Source: Lytechinus pictus
Lineage: Eukaryota
Assembly (NCBI RefSeq): GCF_037042905.1
Contig: NC_087252.1
Span: forward strand, 186,001-250,000
DNA length: 64,000 nucleotides
Reading direction: 5' to 3'
How positions within the stretch are numbered: the first letter of the stretch is position 1; each line of letters opens with the position of its first letter. The notes under the pieces are model-generated. The model worked only from the letters and a program-made list of their open reading frames with translations, had not been told where the DNA came from and ran no database searches. The translations under genes and the position numbers were made by a program. Of this stretch, positions 14,033 through 27,496 are shown one piece after another.

Positions 14033-14368
14033 TTACTACTACTGAGTACTAGGGCCCGGGGCATTGTAGTACACTACCATACCGTACATCAGATCTAAAC
14101 ATAACAAATCATTCAAATGGAAAAATAGAAAAGTAGTCTAACTTTTATAGAGTCTAACTTTAGACTCCTACGGTGGATTTTCATTCTGACGTTTAATAAG
14201 CTACATAGCTAACGTTAGGACTAAAGTTAGGCCTAGATAGATCTACACACCCACATGACACAGCCCACAGGAGCTCGATTGACAGATCATGATCACCCAA
14301 ACACACACCCAATTAATGCACGTACACAGTGAATGCAGTACACATGATAGGCATGGCAATGATCGTAC

Positions 14369-14510
14369 CTTTCTTCAGCTTCAATGCTGTGATGTTTTTT
14401 GATGTCGACGATGATTTTGATCCAACTAATTCCACTGATATGAGACTTGTTACATCCTCCAAATCACAATCTTTGGTCCGAGAATTATCATAGCCACCGA
14501 TGGATGGCAT
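14369..14510 (-). CDS. Nuclear IkB-like (IkB-zeta/Bcl-3/IkBNS-type) gene, coding exon 1
   Basis: ATG at 14510-14508 in AAAC-ATG context; reads MPSIGGYDNS...LKLKK; donor AG|GTACGA at 14368. The 142-nt exon ends in phase 1, matching the phase-1 acceptor at 4757 (G+AC = Asp). Lies just downstream of a kB/CRE/CCAAT cluster. Confidence 0.7.
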
Positions 14511-14619
14511 GTTTGCGTCAAACTGAGGACGAAAATAGCATCAAATTTCAGATATTGTTAAGAGAGTTCAGAGTTTGGTGCCTGCTTGTACTACTGTGTA
14601 TGTAGAGAATGCGAGCTCT

Positions 14620-14870
14620 ATGCATATTATTATGCATTAAAGCAGTTCAGGGATTCTCGTCGCCGATTGGCTTGTTCTGAAGATAGGTGAAGAAACGGGA
14701 ACGGGAAGGGAATTTCCCTTTTCTGTTACGCTGACGTAATGGTAAAGATGTGTGCCGCTTCGACCCTTTTCCTGGCTAGCTATCTATATATAAAGCGATT
14801 TTCTGTTTGTTTTATAGTCTTTAGTTGTTCCATCCCACTGGCGTACAGATAGGGCGGGGAAGTGCCCCTG
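14620..14870 (-). promoter_or_regulatory. Putative proximal promoter of the IkB-like gene
   Basis: kB site GGGAATTTCCC 14708-14718; CRE/bZIP-like TGACGTAA 14732-14739; CCAAT (minus strand) 14666-14670; second kB-like GGGGAAGTGCCCC 14856-14868; AT-rich TATA-like stretch near 14625-14635. Confidence 0.65.
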
Positions 14871-17800
14871 ATCTTTTCAAAACTAAGAGGGGAAATGAGA
14901 AAAGGAAAGAAAAAAAGGGAAATATGCTATAACTGTATAAGTTTTACCTCAAAATCTATCACAAAATAGATTCAATTAAATTTAATAGATACTTATTTCT
15001 GTCAAAAATCATTGCTTGGCCGCTTTGCTCACTTGCATCTTATTGGAAATTTGTCCCATATATACGCGATGATGTCTCACAACCTCAAATTATTTACTCA
15101 TTACGCCACGTAGGCCTACTGCACATCGCTTTTATTCCAAGACTGAGTCATGATGATGATTGAAACTCTATACTTACTGCCCGACTTAATTAAGGAGACA
15201 GGTAACAAATCTATAATTTCCTGTGTAGACATGGTAATAAGCGCAATATACACCTGTCATTCATATATAGATGCCGATAGCCCACCTAGTATCTGGTAGC
15301 AGGATCATAATTTTTCTATCAAATTTGGCTTGGAAGAAGAACGAAAAGGCATGTTCACAATGGGGGAGAAGTATATAGTGGCCGAAGGCGGAAGAAAGGA
15401 TGAGTCGTGCATCTCTCATAATTTATTTTGTTTTCCAATTGAGATCTAAAATCAAAATGATCTCATCTCCATCTCATCTTCCGGCTGTCAGCCATTCTCA
15501 ACTCAACTACTAAGCGTCATCCCCAGTTTATGATTATCATTATGTCTTTTCTTGTAGAGGACCTCTGTAATGTAGCCCGGTACATAGCGCGCCTGAAAAT
15601 GTGCAATAATGAATACACATGCATAAGGGCCTATTCCGAGATTTAATTTGGCTTAGCCGGTTTTAAGGATACGAAGCTAATAATACCTTCCTTACGAAAA
15701 GAAAAAAAATTAAAACCGACATTTAACAAACAAAACAATTTTAATATCTCTCGGCACAGTGATGCGCTGTGCATAACTGTTGTTTCCCCTTTTTAGTTAT
15801 GACTCAAAGTTCGTTAATTGCGAGGCTATATAAGAGGTGCATTCATCGATTTTGGAGAATCCTCTAACAGGGGCGGATCCAGCTTTTTATAAAGGGGGGT
15901 TGGGGTGGTATGCGAGGGAGCGTAGCGACCGAGTCCAAGCGAGTGGAGCGAGCGAGGGGGGAGGGTGTGGGAGGGGGGTGTCCCCCCTCCCACAGTAGGG
16001 AAATTTTTTGAAAATCTGTGTGTGAAAATGGCGTTTTCTTGCATCTAAAACACCACTCTTTTTGGTATAGAGGTCGTTGCCAAATTAACCCCCATGAAAA
16101 TTTGTAAAATTAAGTTGCATTTTCCTGCAATGTAAGGCCAGTTAACAACACAGATACAAAGAATCGGGGACCTTGGAATAAGCACTGTTAGCCTAATACT
16201 TTTATTATGAACAGCTTGTCACTGATACTCACTGGCAAATCTCAGTCAAATATGATGGACTGGCAGAAGAGACGCCTTGGATGTTTCTGTACAAATTCCC
16301 CAATTTTTTTTTTTTTAATGTGGGGATTTTGGGGATGAGAATCGATAACGCTGGCCTAGCTTGTCACTTCGGCGGTGGCCCGTGTCCTCAAAAAAGCTGA
16401 TGGGGGGGGGGGGGGCAAGGGACTCTGTGACATTTGTTCGCCCAACCCCCCCCCCCCCCTCCCCCAAAAAGAAATAATAATAATAATAATAACAAATGAA
16501 ATAAATACATAGAAATAGAATAAAATAAAATTACAAGTTTAAAAAAAAAGATAAGATTTTAAAAAATGGTCCCCGGATTTTTTTTTTTTTTTTTTTTGGG
16601 GGGGGGGGGGTTGCAACCCCCCAACCCCCCCTCTAGATCCGCTTCTGCAGTCTAGTTTAAGTCATGTTTATTAGCTCTTGCTGGAACCAAACCTTCCTTT
16701 ACAAAGTCTATGGAAAAAATGGAATTAAGATGTCGATGTGTTAGAGAAAGAGTGGAATAAAGATGGAGATTGAACTGAGGTGGGGCAAAAAAAATACAAA
16801 TCCTTATTACGCCACGGGTAATTCTCACCAAAAGGGTATATAAGAATGCATATCATGTTTACCGTCACCGACCGCAACTGCAGGGGCTGCAGAATGATTC
16901 TTTAAGGGGTAACATTCTTTAATAACATTCATAAAATCATATTTTTGTTGCAAGAATTGTCAAGTTATACAATTATCCGTTTTAACGGACAAATAAATGA
17001 AATGAAATGAAAATGAAATATTTTGATGGTCATTTCCCGGGTCATTTTAACATCTTTTTGCGTATAAGTTGGGGATTAACCCCCCCCCCCGGCCCACACG
17101 CTTTCCCAGAGGCCCAAAGGAGAATATATCACCTAAACACTGCCTATTTTTGTTGTCATGGACATGATTTTTCAGGCTAAAGAAATATATTAGGGGCTCC
17201 TTTTCATTATCTATATTTTAAGATTTGCTGCAAAGGAGGATTTTTTTTTTTTTTTTTTTTTTTTTTTGGGGGGGTTATACATTGCTCTTTAAGCATATTT
17301 GATGCAAAAGGTTTCAGCTATGCATGGGCACGTCTTTCGGATGGTGAGCTTAAAAGACAAGTCCACCCCAAATAAAAGTTGATTTGAATCGAACGAGAAA
17401 TATCCATCAACATCAAGCATCACACTGAAGATTTCGTCAAAATCGGATGTAATTTTTTTAAAAACATTTTTAAGGACGTTCCACAGTTATGTTTGTGCGC
17501 ATCATGATCTGCGCATATTTTACACTCTGCGCGCTGACGTCACAATGGACGAACTTGTGATTAGGTAATGTGAGCTGATTTTTCTCCTTATCTGCACTAA
17601 CTGCAGATTTGATGTGTTATTTTATGAAGCTAATAAGCTGCAATTATTCCATGGACCATTTTTTTTATTCCTCTACAATTTCAAAATAGTTTCTCTGTAG
17701 TGCTGCAAAGTATGATGAATATGACCCTGAGTATCAATAAATGTGAATGTGGTTCGGAAGTTTTCCTCACATAGATACTGCTTTTGGCGCGTTTTCGGGT

Positions 17801-18249
17801 GTCTTAAGAAGCAAATTTGCTCTAATAAGAGTGCTGATAGTTTGAAAACAAACACATGAACCCATATTTATTAATGTTTGCACCTCTTAGGTATACCTTC
17901 CTCTACAACTTTGCAAAGTTTTGTGAAAATTACATGGGTTTTGAATAAAGTGCAGCATTTCTTTTACTTCTCAAGTTTGTTATTAAAATTTGAATTTTTT
18001 GAGGTTGAGTATCTTTCCCGCAATTTCTAAGAACTGAAAGTGTTGTTAGACTTAAATGACCAAACAATTGACAGCAATATAGATAGATTATCCATCTTAC
18101 GGATACAATTATTAATCACATTGCAAAATTAAATTACATTTTCATGGATTTTGACTGAGTAATAGGGCTTTAAACTCAATGATGCGATCTCGCGAGGTCT
18201 AAAAATGTCATATTATTTTGGATGCGCAATTCTTAAGAACATCATCCAT

Positions 18250-19990
18250 TTTGGGTTAATTTTTAAGCTCTATAGCAAAAAATTAAGCACATGGACCCAT
18301 GTTAATTTTTGCATATTTGGAATATTCAGGTGCTAAAGTATCCATATGCAAAGTATGGTGAAAATGACATGGATTTTCAATGTTTGGGAGCAAGACTACG
18401 GAACCACTCTTATTTTAGACGGTATTAACAGACTTTTGCTTGTTTTCGGCGCATTTTGGCTGTTTCAAGCCAACTCGCAATAATTTGGACACTGATAATT
18501 TGAAAACGAGCACATAGACCCCATAGTTTAAATGTCCTTACTTCTTCAGAATATATTCCTCTACAAATCTATATAGAGAGTATGATGAAAATTACATGGA
18601 TTTTGAATGTTTGGGAGCAGGACTAAGGAACCATTCGTATTTTGGACATTTTGGATGGTATTAGACTTTTGCCCGTTTTAGGCGCATTATAGATTGTTTC
18701 AAGCCAACTCGCAACACTTTGGACACTGATTGTTTAAAAACGACCACATGGACCCCATATTTTTAATATTTTAACGTCTTTAGAATATATTCCTCTACAA
18801 ATCTAGAGAGTATGATAAAAATGACATGGATTTTGAATGTCTGGGAGCAGAAATACGGAACCATTCATATTTTAGACATTTTGGACGGTATTATCAGACT
18901 TTTACTTGTTTTCGGCGCATTTTGGGCTATTTCAAGCCAACTCGCAACAGTTTAGACACTGATAGCTTAAAAACGAGCACATGGACCCCATGTTTTTAAT
19001 ATTTTAACGTCATCAAAATATATTCCTCTGTAAATCTAGAGAGTATGATGAAAATGACATGGATTATTAATGTTAGGGAGCAGGACTAAGGAACCATTCA
19101 TATTTTAGACATTTTGGACGGTATTATCAGACTTACTTGTTTTCGGCGCATTTTGGGCTGTTTCAAGCCAACTCGCAACAGTTTACACACTGATAGCTTA
19201 AAAACGAGCAGATGGACCCCATGTTTTTAATATTTTAACGTCATCAGAATATATTCCTCTGAAAATCTAGAGAGTATGATGAAAATGACATGGATTTTTA
19301 ATGTTTGGGAGCAAAACTACTGAACTATATATATATTCGCTTTTAGACAATACTAGACTTTTGCACGTTTTCGGCGCATTTTAGGTGGATTTCAAAATAT
19401 TCAAGCCAACTCGCAGCATTTTGGACACTGATAGTTTAAAAACAAGCACATGGACCCCATATTTTTGATATTTTAATGCTTTTAGAATATATTACTCTAC
19501 AAATCTAGAGAGTATGATGAAAATGACATGGATTTTGAATGTTTGGGAGCGAAATATGGAACCATTTGCATTTTAGAGGGTATGAAGAGACTTTTGCATG
19601 TTTTCGGTGCTTTTTAGGCGATTTTCAAGCCAACTCGCATCACTTTGGACACTCATAGTTTGAAAACGAGCAGATGGACCCCATATTTTTAAGATTTTAA
19701 TGTCTTTAGAATAAATTATTCTACAAATATGGAGAGTATGATGAAAATGACATGGATTTTGAATGTTTTGGGGCAAAACTACGGAATCATTCGCATTTTA
19801 GACGGCATTATTAGACTTTTGCACGTTTTGGACGCATTTTGGGCGATTTTCATGCCAACTCGCCTCACTTTGGACACTCACAGTTAAAAAACGAGCACAT
19901 GGACCTCATATTTTTAACTTCGCTACACCTTCGATATGCATTCCTCTACAGTTTAGCCGAATTTGATAAAAATGACATGGATTTTGAAAA
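18250..19990. repeat. Tandem array of about 8 units of ~230 bp
   Basis: GCACATGGACCC-like anchor recurs at about 18287, 18510, 18744, 18977, 19207, 19446, 19669 and 19895; diverged units near 17850 and 20330. Confidence 0.92.
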
Positions 19991-21423
19991 AAGTGCAGCT
20001 TACAAAATACTTTTTAATTTTTGAGTAGATTCACGTCTTTGAAGATTTGTTTTTTTCCGAGTTTTTGCATCATCCTTGCCAAATGAGGGCGCTGTTGACT
20101 CCAAATAGATATAGTTTTACCAATTAAAAGACCTTCTCTTACTTTGGTATACACTTTGTTATATATCTTGAGAATTTGATGAAGTTTGATGCGGTATTCA
20201 CTGAGTAAAGATGATTTAAACTCATTTGGTGAATTCGTGAGGTCTAAGACAGGCATAATTCTCTTGATTGCGCAAGATTGCATATCATTCAAATACGGTG
20301 ACTTTGAAGACCCGTAGAAAAAAAATAAGCACATGAACCTATGTTATTTTTTGCATTTTCATAATGCATAGATACCAAAGTAACTATCTGCAACCACTCA
20401 CTGTTTCTTTTGTATTTTATTATATGAAATATAATATACATGTATTCTAATTTTCTCATCATTGTCAAGTGATACAATGATTAATTCCTCCCTGAACATG
20501 TGAAATTAGCATTGTTTAATACTGTACGGTTCAGTAATATTGGTCCTTATTGTCAAATCTGTAAAAAATGAAATATTGTATAAGTCAAAACAATACACAA
20601 CAAAATAAATAATGAGGGACATCATTGACTGTATGAATTTGCATGTCACTGAATTTTGCACATCACTGTTTTGTGAAAAATAAGCGAATCTTTAAAATGT
20701 CATAACATTCTTATTTTACATCCGATTTGGTAAAAGTTTCAGCGTTATGCTAGTCAATGATTTTTTGCTATTTATTCAATTAAACTTTTTTTTTCTGGGG
20801 TGGACTTAAAAGCCGGTCCCGATTATTGTCATAATTATTGATACACGATCTGTAAAATATTATCCACAGACAATTCAATAGTATATTTGGGATTCTTTCA
20901 AATTGAGCTATTCTGGAAAGGACTATAAGAACTTCAGAACTTTGGGAGAGTGAAGGGGAGAGTCCCGATTTTTTTTTTTTTTTTTTTTTTTTTTTGGGGG
21001 GGGGTTGTACAATGTAGATATTGCCTATTTTGAATGAGGGCCTACAATGTATGAATGAATGACAATTTAATGGAAGATCTCCTACGTTGATCATCACCAA
21101 ACCAATCGATGAACAATACAATAAACCCCGGGAATAAACTAACGGGTACGCACAACAACAACGGGTATCGTGGGGTGGGTTTTGGGGGACTTCCCCTTTC
21201 GTGTCTTTGTATGCATTGGACTTCCTGTCGGAAGTTGAGTCGAAATATGTATCCGTCGGGATAGCTAGCTTTCTAAAATTTCAATCCATGATGTAATGTC
21301 CGGAAGAAAACAAACTACGCAGTGTCAAAACCATAGTTTGATTGGTGTCGCAATTGATTTGATTAACTTTAACCTTTGAATTGAATCTTAGGCACATATT
21401 GTTCTTTTCAAAACGTTTCAAAA

Positions 21424-21600
21424 CTGGGCGTTGTGGCGTGCGCCTGTAATCCAAGCTATGTGTGGAAGTTACAAATTGATGCAGAGGTTCGAGGTTCGAG
21501 CCCTGGTCACGTCTTTCGGATGGTGACGTTAAATGTCGGTCCCAGACGTAAATAATCATATCTGATTGATAAACGTCTGACAAAACTCAAATACACACAC
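21424..21600 (+). mobile_element. Candidate SINE with 7SL/Alu-like head and Deu-domain-like core
   Basis: CTGGGCGTTGTGGCGTGCGCCTGTAATCCAAGCTA resembles the 7SL 5' end; B box GGTTCGAGCCC 21493-21503; CGTCTTTCGGATGGTGACGTTAAA 21510-21533; (AC)n end. Confidence 0.65.
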
Positions 21601-22699
21601 GTCTATTATTACAGACTACCATTATCATGATTATGAAGGAATGAGCGATATTATGAGGCGTAGATGGCGCTAGGCTACGATTCCTTTCAGCAGGCTTAAA
21701 TTGCATGAATAGGAATGTAAAACCATAGTCATGTTGTATAGGCTCTGTAGGATAGGCCCTATTTTCCTCTCAAAAGATCTTCACAATATTTTTTCCAAAT
21801 AGACTTCAATTTTTTTTTAAGGTGCATGAAAATATTTTTTTTTTTCAAAAGCGGACTCAAGAGCTTTCCTGCATTTTTTTGCTTTATCCTATTTCGTACG
21901 CCTTGTTTAAAAATGATAGTATGCCTATATACTTGTTACTATAGTAGTACCATGCAGTACCATAATTCTTACAAACATCAAATTTCAACAGAGCAAACTT
22001 GCTTTAAGCAATGACATCAAGGAGTTTTCACGGAATGGAGTCACAATAGATGGTGAATTTCATTCATGCAGCTTACCTTTGCTGGTAAGAAAAGTGTACA
22101 ACGAATACAAATGTAAATTGTAGCCTTCGATGATTACATGTGATGCTGCCATTGGCGGCGAAAGCCAAAAAAATAGGGGGGAGGGGTGGTCCACCTGATA
22201 TTTTAGGATGGACACAGTTAAAAAAAATTGACAAGCAAAAAAAAAAAAAAAAAAAAAGGGTTATCAACCAAAATTTTAGGGGGGGGACCACACTAATTTT
22301 TGACAAGCAAAAAAAAGTTTGATATTGAACATAGATAAATGGGAACGCTTACTTTGTTATTCGATGTTCAGTGCAAACAGGAAACAAAGGTCAGTTTTTA
22401 TAATCTGGGCATTTAAACTAAAAGCTAAATATCAATTTAGCCAAGTGGCCTATGGGTAGGCCTATTAGATAGACCGAAAGCGTCAGTCTCTAAACGGGCA
22501 AATTGTCTAGGCAACAGACATTGTGTAGTTTTTTTTCTACATACAGGCCTACAAAAATGTCATTTTATGCATGACTTGACATGCGTAATATATCGGTATA
22601 TTGGTGATAAATCATACAAATTTTCATAGATTATCCAAAAAAGAAGTTTGTTATACCAACATAAAAAATGTTTTGTGTCTTCCACCCCATCATTCGTTT

Positions 22700-23050
22700 T
22701 CTATATCAGTGTTTTTTTCGCAATGGGATGATTCAAAAAGCGACCCCACCTCCCTTACCTTGTTTACGATTATGGTTAAATGTATAATTATCAATTTCAA
22801 ATATGGGAGGGGTTGTTGAGTGTAACCACGTCTCGTTCATACCTATAATAGAGAACGGAAATTTATTCAATATATTTAAAAATTCACGGAAACTTTCAAA
22901 GTTAATTTGTAAGCTTCGAATGTTTATGTGCATTAAGCTAAAGTGATATGATTTATCGTTTCGATTTTTAGTATTAAAAGCTTAAATAATTTCTTTAGCA
23001 GTGTAATATTTGCTCTGGGGGCAAATACTTCATCATTAAATATGTCATCC
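22700..23050 (-). mobile_element. LINE endonuclease (APE) relic
   Basis: HINIRSL...FSIIGMNETWL...RKQGKGGGVAF. Confidence 0.8.
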
Positions 23051-25149
23051 AAATGAGGTATATTTTGGTTTGCAATACGATTGGGAGTGCTCGGTGCGTG
23101 CAAAGTGCTAGGAGGGGTGCGTGTGTTTTGCGTAGAATGTATAAGGGTGTGTTCACGTGGGACTCAAGGCTAGTGGCAACCTGTACTTTTGTGACAGTTG
23201 CTACAAAAAAAATGGGGGGGGGGGAGAAAAAAGGTAAAATAGCTGTTTGCAAATAATTATGTTAAGATAAAACATAACGTTTGTGGGATTCTATTACCCT
23301 CAACAAAATGGGCAACATTGCCTGGAAAAAGAATTGAATGTATATACATAGGCTAGTATAGCTTCACATGGTTTTGTTTACACTTAGCAAACTTAACGAA
23401 CAATAGATCAAATAAAATTGCATTTATTTTTTCCATCACAATAATTTAGACAATATCATTGTTCAAAAATGTTATTGTTTTAAAGACCCTTTGTATAACC
23501 TTCATAGCCTTTAAGACATTCGTTTGATTAAAATAAAGACATGGCATGGCAATACGCAGCACTCCCCCCCCCCTATATTTTGAAGTTTACATTTTTAAAC
23601 TTCAGATTTCCATAAAATTCAATTAAGTATGCACGAAATGCTTCAATGTCACTTTACAAAATACAGAAGCATCAAAATGACAAGCTCGGTTGCTTTGTTC
23701 CCTCGCTTCATGTGTCCTGCCTCCGACCAACGCCCAACGCGTCACACTTTTTATACTCAGCCAGAATTTCTACACGATATAAGCTTTTTTTAATTCTGTT
23801 TTTATTATAAGATAGTCAATATAAGTCGATTACAAAATTTACAAATTTTTGTTTATTGTGATTGCAAATCACATGCACAAGTTGGTTACACAAGCAAGTA
23901 AAGTAACAAAAAACAATGATAGAATGACCTTGATTCACATCAAATATATTGCTGTACACAATCATGAGCGACGCCACCGGTCAATCGCGGGGTCAAACGT
24001 ATTTAGGGTATGTTTTTTCCAAAGCTTTTTTAAAAAGACTATAGCCTAACGTGTTTAGGGTATTTTTCTCTGTGCTTTTCCTCGTTTCTGCACATTTATT
24101 CCTTTGTGCGGTGTTATTTCAACCCTAAATGCAGTGGGAGGGGGGGGGCATGTAATACCTATGACTATAGTTTTGTCTATTTAAGCTTATTGTTAGCAAG
24201 TAGAGAAAACATGTTTAGGGGCCAAAAATATGTAAATGAAGCCCGCGAAACACTTGTTCTGGGGATTATTTTGCACAATATAGAGAAAACCCCCGGGGGC
24301 CAGTCAACTGTATTGCTGTACACACGCGTGGCCAAATTATTTCCAACACCCCCTAAACGAGTTTTTCTCTGTGTGCAAAAAACAAAAAAAAAAAAAAATC
24401 GCGGATTTTGTTTCCACATTTGGCCCCTAAACAAGTTGTCGACAGAATATGAGTCAGGGGAAAAAGCTTGGGGAAAAACATATCCTAAACACGTTTGGCT
24501 ATAGTCTTAAAAAAAAAAGCTTTGGTAAAAACAGCCTAAATACGTTTGACCCTGCGATTGACCATTGACCAGATTTTCAAAACTTTTTTGAAAATAGGTG
24601 TTTTTGCTTCATACGTCATGTAAGTGGGGTAAAAAGAAGAGGGTATAGATAAATGGGGGACTTGCATGGGGACTTTTGCCTCCTCCCCAATTTTTCACAA
24701 AAAAGAAAAAAAAAGAAAAGGGTGAAATACAATATTATTTTTTTGATATTATTTGTCAAAATCTATCACAAAATTGGATTTTCGTTATAAAATTTAAAAA
24801 AATTTGCTCGCTCGCAACTTTTTATGAATTTAGGTGATACGACATATCTAGCCCCCTCAAAATTTTTGCCCATTACGCCACTGTAGATAAGTCATTTTTT
24901 CTTTGTTTGAAGAAACTGCCCAATTCCCCGTGCCCACCCATACACTTTCAACTTCGCTCCGCCGCCCCTGTAAAGGGATAGGGATGCTTGTTCTAATTAA
25001 AAGCCCGGTTGTATCCCATCTGGCTAGAATTCAAGAAAAACTTGTTCTCAAACAATTTAGCTCGTTTTTCATACTACCAAATGGCCTTATAACACTATTG
25101 AACAATCGGTATTCTTGAAAGATCACACATTATTGTTGTGCCTCCCAAG

Positions 25150-26140
25150 AATAATTGAATGAATTAATTCTGTAAAACTCTTGCATGTATCGGTGCATTT
25201 TAGAAAAGCCAAAATGCTCAAAAAAATTCCTCTTTCCTGTGTAATCGTTTCAACGTCAAAAACTTAAACAAATATTCAGAACATAATTTCTGACGTGGAG
25301 TATATTATATTCTTTACAAGACAGAAAAATATGAGAACTTGTTTCTGGTTTCTGACATAATAACACAAAACCAGTGTCATGCTTTCACATTTGGAAATGA
25401 TAAAAGTTCAAGTTACAATTTCCTAATCTTAGTCTATGTATAATTCTTTCATCTCTTCTGTTATTGCAAAACTGTTCCGAGAGAAGGTTGTATTTTGAAT
25501 AAATTACGACCTTTGTTACAAAGATCCCATCTCGATTGCCATTTTGTTTTAAAATTATAAAGACGATAGAACGAAATTCGCTTTTAACAAATGGCATATT
25601 AATGTCCATAGTAGGGCAACTTAGTCCTATCTTTATACTAAAGCATCATCAATTCATTTCCACTAATACCGTAATGGGAAGGGACCCATTCAAAACATAC
25701 TAAAATTCCATCTTTTTCCAAATTAGTAATTTTCTATTATTGTGGTACCAGGAGGCAAGTGAGATTAAATCATTTTGTAGTGTAGTTATGGCTTTGTCAC
25801 CACTATTGTGCGTGAAGTACATTAACAACATCGTCAGCAAAAATATAACATGAACAATATTTCAAATAATCTGTAATATCATTTCTAAGTGATTAAACCA
25901 AAATGGGGCCAAGGACACTACCTTGATGGGGCACACATGAAATATGACATCTCTTAGTTTAGAAAACTGACCATGACAATAAACTATTTTTGTTCATTGA
26001 GATAAGTAACTTTTTAACATGTTTAAACCATTCTATTTCTGACCCCTTAATACCATAACATTTCAGTTTCTTTAGTAATAACTCGTGATAAATGGAATTG
26101 AAGCATTTGAAGTTTGACATCATCAATTTGTGATCCAATT
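25150..26140 (-). mobile_element. Degenerate LINE fragments (RT core and C-terminal Cys/His motif)
   Basis: Minus strand QGSVLGPIL near 25900-25930, FFADD near 25830-25845, and RLRLGNCNLN...CVLC..PETSSHIFLSC near 25315-25440; many frame breaks. Confidence 0.7.
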
Positions 26141-26390
26141 CTTACAAATATAGAGATCTTATAACCTTCATCATTCGAATGAAGCATTTTTATCTACTAT
26201 TTTCAAATAGGCCTATATACATTTCTAAAAAAAATATTTGATAATTCTTTAAGTTCCGAATGGTAGCCAGACCACTCCCCAGGTTTTTCTTCACTCATCT
26301 TATTTTTTTCTTTTTTTCCCTTCGTTTTTCATGTGTGTGGCTGATTTTGTTTAGAATCCATAATGATTGCGTGTGAGAGTGACCCAGGAT

Positions 26391-26448
<58 letters not shown>

Positions 26449-26549
26449 TTGAGGATGAGAATGGAAGATAGAATTGGGGGGGGGGGGGGGGAGGTGCAGA
26501 GAGAGAGAGAGAGAGGGAGAGAATGAGAATGAGAGAAAGAGGGCGTGTT

Positions 26550-27150
26550 TTAAAGGACAAGTCCAACCCAACAAAAAGTCGATTTGAATAAACAGAGAAA
26601 AATCCAACAAGCATAACACTGAAAATTTCATCAAAATCGGATGTGAAATTAAAAAGTTATGGCATTTTGAAGTTTCGCTTATTTTTTTTCACAAAACAGT
26701 GATATGCACAACTCACTGACATGCGAATGAGTCAGTCGATGATGTCTATCACTCACTATTTCTTTTGTTTATTTATTGTTTGAATTATACAATATTTCAT
26801 TTTTTACATATTTAACAATAAGGACCTCCTTGACTGAACCATGTAGTATTAAACTATGGTAATTCCACATGTTCAGGGATGAATTAATCGTTGTTTCCCT
26901 TGACAATGAAGAGAAAATCAGAATTGTCATGAAATACAAAAGAAATAGTGAGTGGATGATGTCATCAGTCTCCTCATTTGCATACGACCAGGATGTGCAT
27001 ATAACTGTTTTGTGAAATTAAGCGAAATTCTAAAATGTCATAACTTTCTTATTTTACAGCCGATTTTGATGAAATTTTCAGTGTTATGCTTGTTGGATTT
27101 TTCTCCTTTTATTCAAATCAACTGTATGTTGGGGTGGACTTGTCCTTTAA
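26550..27150. mobile_element. TTAA-flanked non-autonomous TIR element (Kolobok-like MITE family A), complete copy
   Basis: TTAA-AGGACAAGTCCA...TGGACTTGTCCT-TTAA with long imperfect inverted arms. Other copies or fragments at about 5530-5662, 7660-8200, 17351-17470 plus 20390-20810, 40650-41248 and 41391-42002. Confidence 0.85.
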
Positions 27151-27496
27151 TGTTGTGTGATGGTGTGTAAAGCGTGCTTTGTCTGTGCTGTAGTGCGATT
27201 CTAATAGGGCCTAGTCTGCTGGGCAAACCCTTCGCTCGAGTTAAGAGTCTGAATGTGCAGCCTACTCATACCTTGTGTACTGAAGGCTCTGTATTGGAAC
27301 AGCAAGTTTTGTATGTGCTAGTCTTTGCGTGGAGGCACACTTGTTGATCAAAGTTGTAATCAGGGTCTGTGCCTGCAGACTAGATAGGGCCTACGTACTT
27401 CATGGTCTGATATAATTATTTAGAAAATCTACTTTAGCTTTTTATTTCATACTATATTTTACTTTAATTTTTAGATCTCTATTGTTATAACTGGAA

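Noticed and set aside
18250..19990. Tandem array as CRISPR or coding repeat
   Set aside because: The whole ~230-bp unit is repeated with indels; no spacers and no sustained ORF.
21424..21460. Bona fide 7SL RNA gene or human Alu contamination
   Set aside because: Similarity stops after ~35 nt; no S domain or Alu right arm follows, and the flanks are continuous with the host sequence.
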